DNA from: Guillardia theta CCMP2712
Taxonomy: Eukaryota; Protista; Cryptophyta
Direction: 5' to 3'
Assembly: GCF_000315625.1 (NCBI RefSeq)
Contig: NW_005434634.1
Location: 35,110 to 79,145, forward strand
Length of the DNA stretch: 44,036 nucleotides
The translations under genes and the position numbers were made by a program. This document shows, in pieces, positions 33,595 through 44,036 of this stretch; positions within the stretch are counted from its first letter, which is position 1, and the number at the start of each line of letters is the position of its first letter. The notes beneath the pieces were generated by a model. The model saw only the letters and a list, made by a program, of their open reading frames with translations. It made no database searches and was not told the origin of the DNA.

Positions 33595-35218
33595 ATGGCG
33601 CTGGGTTCATACGAAGCCGTGGAGGAGGGGAGGATTGCGAGGGGAGAAGGAGGACGGGGAAGGAGATCTCGTCCTGCTGTTGCTGCTCTCCTCCTTGTAT
33701 CTGCCATGGCAGCTTGCGTCCTCCTTCTCATCCAGGACAGCAGGGAGGCGCAGCTCCCTTATGGCCATCGACACCTCAGCAAAGGCGCTCGTCTCATCCA
33801 TCTCTATGCACCTGCTGAAGCACGGAGCGAAGATGTCAGCTGCACAGGTCAGCCAACTGATCCAGAGCTGGCAGAAGAATCCAATCATGCTCGAGGTCGC
33901 CAAGTCGAGGACCCAAATGCTTGCCCCCGCAGCTCCCGCACACAAGTCAGAACTAGAGGGAGAGTCGAGCTTGTGCACGAAGCAGGACGTCATCATCCAG
34001 AAGCTGGATCAGCTCCTGAAGAAGTTGGGTGGAGAAGAGCTCTCGCTCAATATCACTCTCGGGAAAGTTCAGGAGGAATGGAAGGACGCGCTCGACTCGT
34101 GGCTTTCCGCTGAGGCCAACTACCGCCTGCGTGTGGAGCAGGTTTGCACAGCTCGTCTGCACGTGATGCAGGAATGAACTGACATGTCTGTACAGAAAAA
34201 AGAGGCAGATGAAGGTATGAAGTACGCTCAGGACCAGTACGAGAAGTACAGGACTGCTGACAAGGAAGCCGTGGCACACTATCAGCACATGGCGGAGAAG
34301 CATGCACAGGAGCGCCAGGGGCTCGACGACGAGGAGGCGTTGATCAGAGAGATCATGCGGATGATCGGTAGAGCATAACTCGATGTGCATCGTCCTTGAC
34401 CCGCATGTCAGGTGTCCTCCATGATGTCAATGCCACAGATCGCAGCATTGCGGCGGGTGGACGCGACAGCATCAAGGACTCTGAGACTGGAGTGTCTGAC
34501 CCGTAAGCTGTCAATGTGAAAAGAAGCGCTTTCGATGATGCTCGTGTTGTCGTAGGTACGGCAAGTACCTGTCCAAGACCAAGGCCCAGCTGATGGCAAA
34601 GATCAATCAGCTCAAGCAGCTCGCTAAGCAGACTGGGCTGAGCTCGACGAGCCTGGCCAGGATCACCACTCTACCTGTGTACAGCGAGACCGAGGAAGTG
34701 GCAAAGATCTTGAGAGAGATGCTGGAGGTGAGAGAAGTATCAGACTCTAGGGGTCAGGAAGTGACTATCGTGACTGCAGGACATTGCTAGTCGCCGCAAG
34801 GTTCTTGACGAATCAGAAGCACAAGCTCTGAAGCTCAAGGAAGACACCCACGCCAAGCTGGTGCCCTGCTACACTTGCGCTTGAAATGATCCGCTAACGG
34901 CCGTCGAACAGATCGAGTGGGAGATGAAACTGACCGACCTTGGCAAGCAGAAGGACAAGGCAAAAGAATCCTACGAGGCCGAGCAACTCAAGCGTGAGAA
35001 GCTGAGCGGAAACGAGAAGATCCTTGAGATCAAGCAGAAGGACGCGACCGAAGACGCGAAGAAGCTTGTGAGTCTCAGTGTGTGCCCAGCCTGCTCGAGG
35101 TCTGATACATGTACAGATCCCTCCTTACGAACGAGAGATTTACGTCATCACTATGATCAAGATGAAGATCGTGGATCACTGCAAGAACCAGCCCACCGAC
35201 AATGCAAGTGGAAATTAA
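33595..35218 (+). CDS. Membrane-anchored coiled-coil protein, paralog A; apparent 1-nt frameshift after the anchor
   Basis: Anchor AVAALLLVSAMAACVLLLI, then (shifted frame) SSLMAI...WQKNPIML...RTQMLAP...LCTKQDVIIQKLDQLLKKLGGEELSLNITLGKV. Multi-exon, ending IPPYEREIYVITMIKMKIVDHC...GN*. Strongly similar to the gene at 35521-37256. Confidence 0.75.
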
Positions 35219-35239
35219 GATGGCCAGGACAGAGGAACA

Positions 35240-35276
<37 letters not shown>

Positions 35277-35520
35277 ACTCTTGTTGAATCCCTTTGTTAC
35301 TTTGTTTTGCCTCCGTCGTACTCGGGGGTCGCCATTGAGCTATGAGTCTTACTATGGTGACAAAAGTCCGACTGTAAGTCCAAGACCCGAATCTTCATTA
35401 TCAATTAAACTGAAAGATTATACACTCTGTCTTTGAAAAAGAATGCGTACCACATACAGAAAACGTCTGAATGGTTCCGTCCAACAAAAACTTTGCAAGC
35501 TACCATCTCCCACATCAACC

Positions 35521-37256
35521 TCAAGCACCTGCTGCAGCTCCTGCTGCTGGGGCAGCTGCCGCATCAGCTCCGGCAGCAGCTCCGTTGATGCTGTTGCAAT
35601 GATCATTGATCTTGATCTTGATCATGGTAATGACGTAGATCTCCCTCTCGTAAGGAGGAATCTGCAGTTGATGTGTCAACAGGCCTGCAAGGTTGACGAC
35701 GAGGAGAATTACCAGTTTCTTCGCGTCATTTTTGGCCTCCTTGTCTTGGATCTCCAAGATCTTCTCGTTTCCGTTGAGCTTCTCACGTTGAAGTTTCTCG
35801 CTCTCGTACTGAGAAGAAACGCGATGTCAGTTGGCATGCCATGTCAGTCGCCTTGAGGCCAGGGCTCACGTCTTCCTTTGCCTTGTCTCTTGCCTTACCC
35901 AGCTCAGCAATCTTCTGCTCCGACTCAACCTTCCAACAATCATTAAGAGCTGCTAGTAGATCAACAAAGCTGAAGACCAGTTTATCATGGTAGCTGTCCA
36001 CCGTCGCCTGAGCTTGCTTCTCTGAATCATCAAGGATCTGCTTCCTGGTCTCGATGTCCTGCAGTGAAGGTCACCAGAGTGCAGGCACGTCATCTTCCTC
36101 TGCTCACGTCGAGCATCTCCTTGAGGATCTTGGCGATCTCTTCAGTCTCGCTGTAAACTGGCAGCTTCGTGATCTGCGCGAGTTTGTCCCCCTTAATCAG
36201 CCCAGACTTCTTGATCATCTGTTTGAGCTGCGAGATCTTAGCCTCCAGGACAGCCTTCGTCTTGCTTGCATAAGTGCCGTAGCTGTCAACACGTCAGCAG
36301 GTATGACAAGGTATCGACGGGTATCACGGGTCAGAGACGCCGGTCTCCGAGTCCTTGATGCTGTCCCTGCCACCAGCTGCAATGCTCTTGTCGGTGGCCT
36401 TGATGTCATGCAGGACCCCTGCAAGGAGAGCGTCAGGAGGGGCAAGGGAGAGCGTCAGGAGGAGCAAGGAGAGCGTCAGAAAGGGCAAGGGCGAGCGTCA
36501 GGAGGGCAAGGAGAGCGTCAGCACCGACCGATCATTCTCATGATCTCTTTGATCAGCTCCCTCTCGGAGTCAAGCTCCTCTCTCTCGGCCTGGTGCTTAG
36601 CAAGCATCGCATTCAGGTTTGCCTTGGCTTCCTTGTACGCCGTCATGTACTTCTCGTAGTCGTCTTGGACGTATTTCAACCCATCGTCGGCTTCCTTTTG
36701 CTTAACTCACAGTGTGAGGACGTCAAAACAACGTTCTGAAAAATTCAATTACCTGCTCAATGCGCAGGCGGTATGAAGACTCGGCCTCCAGCCACGAGTC
36801 CAGCGCCGCCTTCCACTCTGCGTCAACCTTGCCTAAGGTGATGTTGAGCGAGAGCTCTTCTCCGCCCAACTTCTTCAGCAGTTGATCGAGCTTCTCAATA
36901 ATGACATCTTTCTTTGCACACAACTTGGAATCAGAACCTGCCTCATTCTGAAGTTTCGTAGCTCCTAGCACATTCTGTGGGGCCAGCATCTGCGTGCGAG
37001 CCTTGGAGGGATCGCCGAGCATGAGCGGGTTCTGCTGCCACTTCTTCAGGTACAGCCCCAGCGCCGTGGTTGACATGGATCCCCCTGTTCTCAGCAAATG
37101 CATCGCTAGAGCGTGCAGCTGTTTCTCAGGCTTCACTATCGCCATGAGAGAGGAGGAAGAGGAGGAGGGAGAGACGAGCAGCAGCAGAGCTGTAGCCGCC
37201 ATGGCCGCGACGAGCGTCGCGCCGACCGCCAGTGCACGGCGGTCGTGGACTGCCAT
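35521..37256 (-). CDS. Membrane-anchored coiled-coil protein, paralog B
   Basis: MAVHDRRALAVGATLVAAMAATALLLLV...SSLMAI...WQQNPLML...RTQMLAP...LCAKKDVIIEKLDQLLKKLGGEELSLNITLGKV...; ends IPPYEREIYVITMIKIKINDHC...AAAGA*. Shares intron positions with paralog A (after RLRxEQ, MI-G and KKL). Confidence 0.85.
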
Positions 37257-37297
37257 GTCAGGCTATTTCGGGAGCAGGTTGTTTGACAAGTTGTCAT

Positions 37298-37640
37298 AGG
37301 GTGGGTACATACATAGAGGGGTGGTGATGACTAAGGGGTTAAAGCAAAGGGGAACATAGGGGTGTGTTTCACAACTAGGGGGGGAGGAAAGGTGGGGGTG
37401 GGGGTGTCAGTGTCGAATTTGAGGGGTGGGGGTAGTGTTTTCTCGATAATTGACATCAGAGCGGTTGGTCACAGGGTGGGGTACCATGGAAAAGAATTGA
37501 TGGGGTGAGGGTAGCGCTCTAACGCAGGGGTAGCCTTGAAAAGGGTACACTACAATGGGGTACTTGTAACATAAATTCAAGCTGCACAGATGGGGTAGAA
37601 TACAAGGGAGTTGGGGTGGGATAACCAAGGGGTAGTGTGC
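37298..37640 (+). promoter_or_regulatory. GGGGTA-rich intergenic block between divergent genes
   Basis: More than 15 GGGGT(A/G) runs on the + strand. Confidence 0.45.
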
Positions 37641-37694
37641 AGCTTTCAGAATGGAATGGTTGGAAAGAATCACTGGTAAGAACGAGCGGAGACG

Positions 37695-37858
37695 AGAGAG
37701 GAGAGGAGAGGAGAGGAGAGGAGAGGAGAGGAGAGGAGAGGACACGAGACGAGACGAGACGAGACGAGACGAGACGAGACGAGACGAGACGAGACGAGAC
37801 GAGACGAGACGAGACGAGACGAGACGTGAGGAGACGAGAGGAGACGAGAGGAGAGGAG
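37695..37858. repeat. (GAGAG)n and (GAGAC)n pentanucleotide arrays
   Basis: Directly visible tandem pentamers. Confidence 0.93.
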
Positions 37859-38009
37859 GGACTTGTTGAGTTCGTTGAACGTCGTTGGAGATCTCATAGA
37901 GGACACTGGTAGCAAGAGGGCATTGAAACTGAAGTTTGATAGCGGACAAGCTTCTCACTCTTTGGCAGGAATTTTGATCGCTCCTCCTCAACGCGCCGAG
38001 TCAGCGGCC

Positions 38010-39257
38010 ATGTCGCATACTTCTATCACAAACCCCTGGGATCTTGACCATTACGAGCCGCCCGTCGATGAGGATGAGTGGTACCAAGAAGAGCTCAAGA
38101 AAGAGGACGTCAGGTCGATGAAGAGCGGGTCGAGCAGGCATTCAAGCGCCCTGGGGTCTTCTAGGGACGAAGAGCAAGAAGGGTCCTCTGCTGTCGTTTC
38201 CTTCCAGCCGAACAAGGCTAAAGAGGAGCAGAAAATTTGCCCTGACTGCCATCTGAGCCTTAGGAGACCCAAGATCAGGCCGTCCAGCGAGAGCAGGACC
38301 AACACCTCGCACACTGAGGAGGAGGACGACGACGAAGAGGACGTTTGTATCTGCACTCCTTGCAAGCTCTGCAATAAGCACATGTGCGGCCTTGCTACCA
38401 AGAAGATGAAAGACCCTCGACGAGCTGACGAGCTGCGGGCGCAAATTCATTCCAGGGTAAGGAGCAGCAGCAGCAGCAGGGTCGGGTCAGAAGGAGGAGG
38501 AGAGGAGGGGTAGGGGAAGGAGAGGACATCTGAATTTGTCTCAGATGAGCCATTGGAGGAAACGGCAGGAGTTGTGGAAGGCTCAAGTTCTAACGGTAAA
38601 CCTTTGATCAGCTCGCTGTCTGTTTGTTTCTTTCTTTTCATCCTGCCGTCTACAATCTCGTTGTTCTCTCCCCCTCCCCGCTCTTCCTTCCATCGCTCCC
38701 TTACCCCTTCCTCTCCATCATTGTGCCCTTATCTCTTTCCCTCCCCTGCTTCCCTCCCTCTCACTCGTTCTGCTTTGTTCTCTCAGCCCGGACGGGACAG
38801 TTTTGTCGAAGTCAGGCAGGTGAATCTGATGAAATCTTCTGCCCTGAGCAAGTTTGCTGACGTTTGATCTCTCCTCCCCTCCCCTCCCCTTCCCCTCCTC
38901 TTCGCTCCCCTCTGCTTTCCTCTGCTCCCCTCTCCTCTCCCCTCCTCTCCTCTCCTCTGCTCTCCTCTCCCTCCAGTTGGAAATCGACACAGGAAGGATG
39001 GAGCACAGCAAGACTTGCTCGTGTGCTGTCTGCCGATCAACGGTGGAAGCCTGGGCGGATGCTCTCGTGAGAGATCGCGATTCTCCTCCTCTTCTCCTCC
39101 TCTGACTGTGCAACAGGAGGAGCGATGCATGAGGGTGCAGAGACGAAGCATCGCGTCCAAGTGGCGGGGGATGCGAAACCCAACAGATACAGGTTATGAG
39201 AATGATGCAGGAGGGGGTGGTGGGGGGGGGGCAGAGGAAAGAGCACGAGTAGAGTAG
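38010..39257 (+). CDS. Hypothetical protein with Cys clusters (CPDC...CICTPCKLCNKHMC), multi-exon; 3' end tentative
   Basis: Coding-like first exon from MSHTSITNPWDLDHYE to a GTAAGG donor at ~38457. Further short exons are flanked by CAG/GT. No family recognised. Confidence 0.55.
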
Positions 39258-39679
39258 AGTAGAGGACAGTACAGTAGAGGACAGTAGAGAGTACAGAGCA
39301 GGGACAGGAGGCAGCGGGTGACAGGCGCAGGAGGAGTGGAGGTTGAAGGGGACGAGCGCAAGGAGGAGGAGGGGACGGGGAGAGTCTAAAGTCTGACATG
39401 AACTGTAGTCTGCTATGCGGACCCCGAACACTTCGCATATGAGGAAACGATCCCTTGAGAAGGAGGAGGGTGGGGCGAGGAGGAGGAGGAGGAGGAGGAG
39501 GAGGAGGAGGCGCAGCAGCAGCAGCAGCAGCAGCAGCAAGAAGAGTAGCAGCAGCAGCAGCAAGAAGAGTAGCAGCAGCAGCATTGTAGACGAATAAACT
39601 TTGTAGAATAATCAAACAATTTTTACAGATCTTATCATATCACATGTTAACGCAAGCATCAAGAAATAAATCCAATCCT

Positions 39680-40592
39680 TCACACTGACCTGCAGAAGAC
39701 CGCAGGCTCGTCAACGAACGTATCAATACAAGTGCTACATCACCGAGTGTACCGTCCCAGCACTCACTTCGCCTGATCGAACATCTGTTCGATCTTATCC
39801 TTCAAGACATTCTGAACCTTCATGATCACACACTCGAACCCTCCCTTTCCCTCTCCTCTCCCCTCACCTCATCCCGGCACCTCCTGACCTCCGACAAGAC
39901 CGTAATGCTGTCAGGTTCCCCCTCCTGCTTCTGCCAGCCAGTCAAGCTCCTCCCCCTCCAGTCTTCCTCCCACCCGCGTGCCGTTGGCTGCATTGAGCAG
40001 CAGCGCGATCTTTGCGCAAGCAGCCTTGGAGATGACAACCTGAACGTTGAGGGAGTGAGGGGAGGAGGACGAAGACGAGGACGAGGTACAAGAGGAAGAG
40101 GAGGTGGAGATGGAGGAGGACAAGATAGTGACGGACAAGCTGGGAGGGAGGAGGGCAACAACGTAAACAAGAACGAGGACGAGCACAAGACATTGGAAGA
40201 AGGCAGCAGGGGAAGCATGCAGCTTTTACCCGGATGTAGGGGTTGGTAGCGATTTCTTCTCCAATCGTGCTCGGCTACATCAAAGATGTCAAAGGTAAGC
40301 GAAACATTCTCATCTTCTTCCTCTTCTCTCCCTCCTCTTCCATTCCCTCCTCCTCCTCCTGACTCTCTTCCTCGTCCTCGTCCTCGTCCTCGTCCTTCTC
40401 CTCCTCCTCTTCCTCCTCCTCCTCCTCCCCCTCCCCCTCCCCCCTCCCCCTCTTCCAGTTCCTCTTCCTCTGAAAGTCGAAATGAGTTCAAATCATTTCC
40501 CACCAGGGTAGGAAGGCGATCTCGACGCAGCTGCTGTACATTCCTTATTCTCTCCATCACCAGCCCCTGCTCCCTCCACTTATTCCTCTCAA

Positions 40593-40637
<45 letters not shown>

Positions 40638-40721
40638 GTCATTACCACCGTCGTCGTCGTCATCATCATGTCCACCATCATCATCATCATGATCATCATC
40701 ATCATGTCCGTCATCATCATG

Positions 40722-40760
<39 letters not shown>

Positions 40761-41615
40761 TCCATCATCATCATCATCTCCATCATCGTCGTCTTCTTGA
40801 ACGCACGTTGTCAGGCTCCAACGCAGCTGCAAACTTGTAGTTGCTCAACGTGTACTCATGCCTGTCCAGGTCACGACATGTCAAGTTTTCAAAGGACATG
40901 TCAACGTGAGAGAACAGGTGAAGAGAGAGAATGTCAGGTGCGGACTCACCCGCAAAAACTTTAACACTCGACGGCAAATCTGACGAGAAACTTCAGCACG
41001 AGCAACCTGACCCTCGGACTCTCACTTGAGACCCTCATGAGGATCTTCGCCATCTCCGCCGCTGATCCCTGACACAAGCATCACGTTCGACATGCTCCCA
41101 CGCTCCTCCTCTGCTCCTCTCCGCTCCTCCTCCCTCCGCTCCCCTCCGCTCCCCTCCTCTCTTCCCCTACTCCTCCTTGTGCTCTCCCTCCAGCTGCCGC
41201 TGGGTTCAGCTACTTCACCTCGAAGAACTTGCCCGTCCCGCCAGCAAACAACGTGTCCCCGGTGAAGACAGCAAGAGTTCTCNNNNNNNNNNNNNNNNNN
41301 NNNNNNNNNNNNNNNNNNNNNNNNNNNNNNNNNNNNNNNNNNNNNNNNNNNNNNNNNNNNNNNNNNNNNNNNNNNNNNNNNNNNNNNNNNNNNNNNNNGT
41401 TCAACTTCGGTCTTGACGTCCTAGGACGTCCACTCTGCGCATGAGGGTGGCTAATGCACCTCTCTCACCTGGCGACGCCAGCTTATCAGGTAACCATACG
41501 AAGTGCGAACAAGGAGGGGAGGGAGAGCACCTGAATGATGAGGGAAGGATCCTTGCACAGAGCTCGAGGAGGGAACCAAAACCTTGAGGGGGTCAGGAGG
41601 AGGCGGCGGAGGGAC

Positions 41616-41697
<82 letters not shown>

Positions 41698-43820
41698 ACG
41701 AGGACGAGGAGGATGAGGAGAAGGAAAAGGAGCACGAGGACGAGGTGGTAGTGGTCGTGGTGGAGGAGGAGGTAGCAGCATTACATGTCACCCTCCGCTA
41801 CAGGATCCGTCAGGCCAGGAATCGAATCTTCCCTCGATCCGTAAACCTGTGGGGGATACAAAGTCAGGCATGAGAGAGGAAAGAGAAGGGGAGGAGGAGA
41901 GACGATGACGCGAGGGGAGGTTAAAAAGGTGTACAAAAGGAGGAGAGGAGTGCAAGAGAGCAAGAGACAGATAGCAAGAAGAGCAGGAGGGGCAAGAGCA
42001 GAAGGAGCAGGAGGATCAGGAGGAGCAGGAGCAGGAGCGGGGGCAGGAGCAGGAGCGGGGGCAGGAGGAACCTTGACATCAGGAAACTTGTGTAGAATCG
42101 CTTCGTTCCCACCCGAGTGATCCCAGTGAGTGTGCCTGATGGAAATCTTTCACTCGCTTCATGTCGCAAGTTTACAGCTCTACGTCGTGAGGATCCCCGA
42201 CAAGGTCAACCCCTCCAGCTTGATGGCGGCCAGGGCCACCTCAGCGTCTGCAGGAGGAGGAACGTCGTGCGTTCAGCCTCAGGAAGACGAAAAGTTGTAT
42301 GTGGTGAAGGGAGANNNNNNNNNNNNNNNNNNNNNNNNNNNNNNNNNNNNNNNNNNNNNNNNNNNNNNNNNNNNNNNNNNNNNNNNNNNNNNNNNNNNNN
42401 NNNNNNNNNNNNNNNNNNNNNNNNNNNNNNNNNNNNNNNNNNNNNNNNNNNNNNNNNNNNNNNNNNNNNNNNNNNNNNNNNNNNNNNNNNNNNNNNNNNN
42501 NNNNNNNNNNNNNNNNNNNNNNNNNNNNNNNNNNNNNNNNNNNNNNNNNNNNNNNNNNNNNNNNNNNNNNNNNNNNNNNNNNNNNNNNNNNNNNNNNNNN
42601 NNNNNNNNNNNNNNNNNNNNNNNNNNNNNNNNNNNNNNNNNNNNNNNNNNNNNNNNNNNNNNNNNNNNNNNNNNNNNNNNNNNNNNNNNNNNNNNNNNNN
42701 NNNNNNNNNNNNNNNNNNNNNNNNNNNNNNNNNNNNNNNNNNNNNNNNNNNNNNNNNNNNNNNNNNNNNNNNNNNNNNNNNNNNNNNNNNNNNNNNNNNN
42801 NNNNNNNNNNNNNNNNNNNNNNNNNNNNNNNNNNNNNNNNNNNNNNNNNNNNNNNNNNNNNNNNNNNNNNNNNNNNNNNNNNNNNNNNNNNNNNNNNNNN
42901 NNNNNNNNNNNNNNNNNNNNNNNNNNNNNNNNNNNNNNNNNNNNNNNNNNNNNNNNNNNNNNNNNNNNNNNNNNNNNNNNNNNNNNNNNNNNNNNNNNNN
43001 NNNNNNNNNNNNNNNNNNNNNNNNNNNNNNNNNNNNNNNNNNNNNNNNNNNNNNNNNNNNNNNNNNNNNNNNNNNNNNNNNNNNNNNNNNNNNNNNNNNN
43101 NNNNNNNNNNNNNNNNNNNNNNNNNNNNNNNNNNNNNNNNNNNNNNNNNNNNNNNNNNNNNNNNNNNNNNNNNNNNNNNNNNNNNNNNNNNNNNNNNGTG
43201 GAGGTGGTGGAGGAGGAGGAGGAGGAGGAGTGAGAAGGAGCAGCCGCAAGGGGAGGGAGGGAGGGTAGGAAGGAGCAGCGAGAGGGAGGGCGGGAAAGAA
43301 GGAGGAAGAAGAGGAATGCTGATATGCACTTCCCAACAACGCACCAGCAGGGTCAACGGCCAGACATGTCTTCGACTCCTCGTCCACAATCAGAAAACCT
43401 GCGACGAGTGTGAGGTAGCGGCAAGGGGAGTAGAGCAGGAGCGTACAGTAGTTGTCATGAAGGATAGGAACGATGGTGATGTGGCAGCCGGGCATGATAG
43501 GTATCCTCGTCTGCAACAGGAGGGGAGTAAGCTCTGAGCAGGCAAGGCGTACAGATACATCACCGAAGTCGAGTGAGGAGGTTGTTTCGCACAATCTGAA
43601 CAAAGCTTCTGGTGCAACGACAGTCCGACTCTGGTCTTGTAGATGGCATACCTGCATACTGTCAGCTCTGAAGCCCGACGAGACTTGATGAGGACTGTAG
43701 AGGGAGCACTCACCCGACTGAGAACGCTCCCTTCGAGAGAGCTTGCAGCATGTCTTTCGATCTACTAGATGACAAGCGGTGAGCCTCGCAGACTGTGAGG
43801 TCTTTGTCTACAAGTGCCAT
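39680..43820 (-). CDS. Hydroxyacylglutathione hydrolase (glyoxalase II), PNKD/MR-1-like metallo-beta-lactamase, multi-exon; spans gaps
   Basis: Spliced motifs IVPILHDNY-xFLIVDEESKTCLAVDPA, GILTTHTHWDHSGGN (THxHxDH), VYGS, VFTGDTLFAGGTGKFFEG, FAGHEYTLSNYKFAAALEPDN and PSTIGEEIATNPYIR. The N-terminal GYAIYKTRVGLSL...PPHS resembles the PNKD extension. Confidence 0.9.
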
Positions 43821-44036
43821 CTCCACCTCCTCCCGCACCTACTCTCTACAATGCACCTCTCGGGCAAGAAAAGAAGGGAAACTTAGAATGAGGAGGGAGG
43901 CAACAGGGGAGTGAGGGAGCAGGGTCACTGAAGGGAGAGTGACAGGGTCAACATGCTTGCATTCCAATGTGTGGCGGTGGTGGTGATGAAAGACGAGGAG
44001 GAGGAGGAGACGCGGCGGCGGCGGGCCGGGGGGGGG

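Noticed and set aside
33595-37256. Identification of the paralog pair as ejectisin/R-body proteins
   Set aside because: Known Reb-like ejectisome proteins are small and I see no matching motif. It is kept only as an unassigned coiled-coil family.
42117-43657. Long ORFs of 367-483 aa
   Set aside because: They are open only because they run through the N gap at 42315-43197.
12255-43820. Glutathione gene cluster (GGT + glyoxalase II)
   Set aside because: The genes are more than 20 kb apart with many unrelated genes between them, so there is no evidence of clustering.

Overview
Intron-rich eukaryotic nuclear DNA. Short ~45-60 nt GT-AG introns with CTGAC-like branch points, microsatellite-filled long introns, ~55% GC exons and bipartite 'signal + AF' plastid presequences suggest a cryptophyte such as Guillardia theta (inference, not a database result). 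Manual splicing supports about 16 protein genes. Minus strand: BIR-DDHD phospholipase fusion, She9/Mdm33, a protein with three 'PTxKQL-x-A...G..P' repeats plus a C-terminal winged helix, plastid-type GNAT, NPAT-like LisH protein, an intronless BRCT-PIN(Swt1-like)-WW protein, and a PNKD/glyoxalase II-like hydrolase. Plus strand: AP-3 sigma, Tic20, gamma-glutamyltranspeptidase, cyclic-nucleotide-binding K+ channel, HAD_SAK-type phosphatase, TKL kinase, and a Cys-containing hypothetical. There is also a tail-to-tail pair of paralogous coiled-coil membrane-anchored proteins, one carrying a frameshift. Non-coding features include recurrent strand-biased GGGGTA-rich blocks upstream of genes, a ~300 bp TIR-bounded palindromic element, GC-rich palindrome-rich patches and a 3x52 bp tandem repeat. 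No operon-like or CRISPR system is present. Most tracked ORFs are artefacts of repeats or antisense frames. Exon boundaries are hand-derived and approximate.
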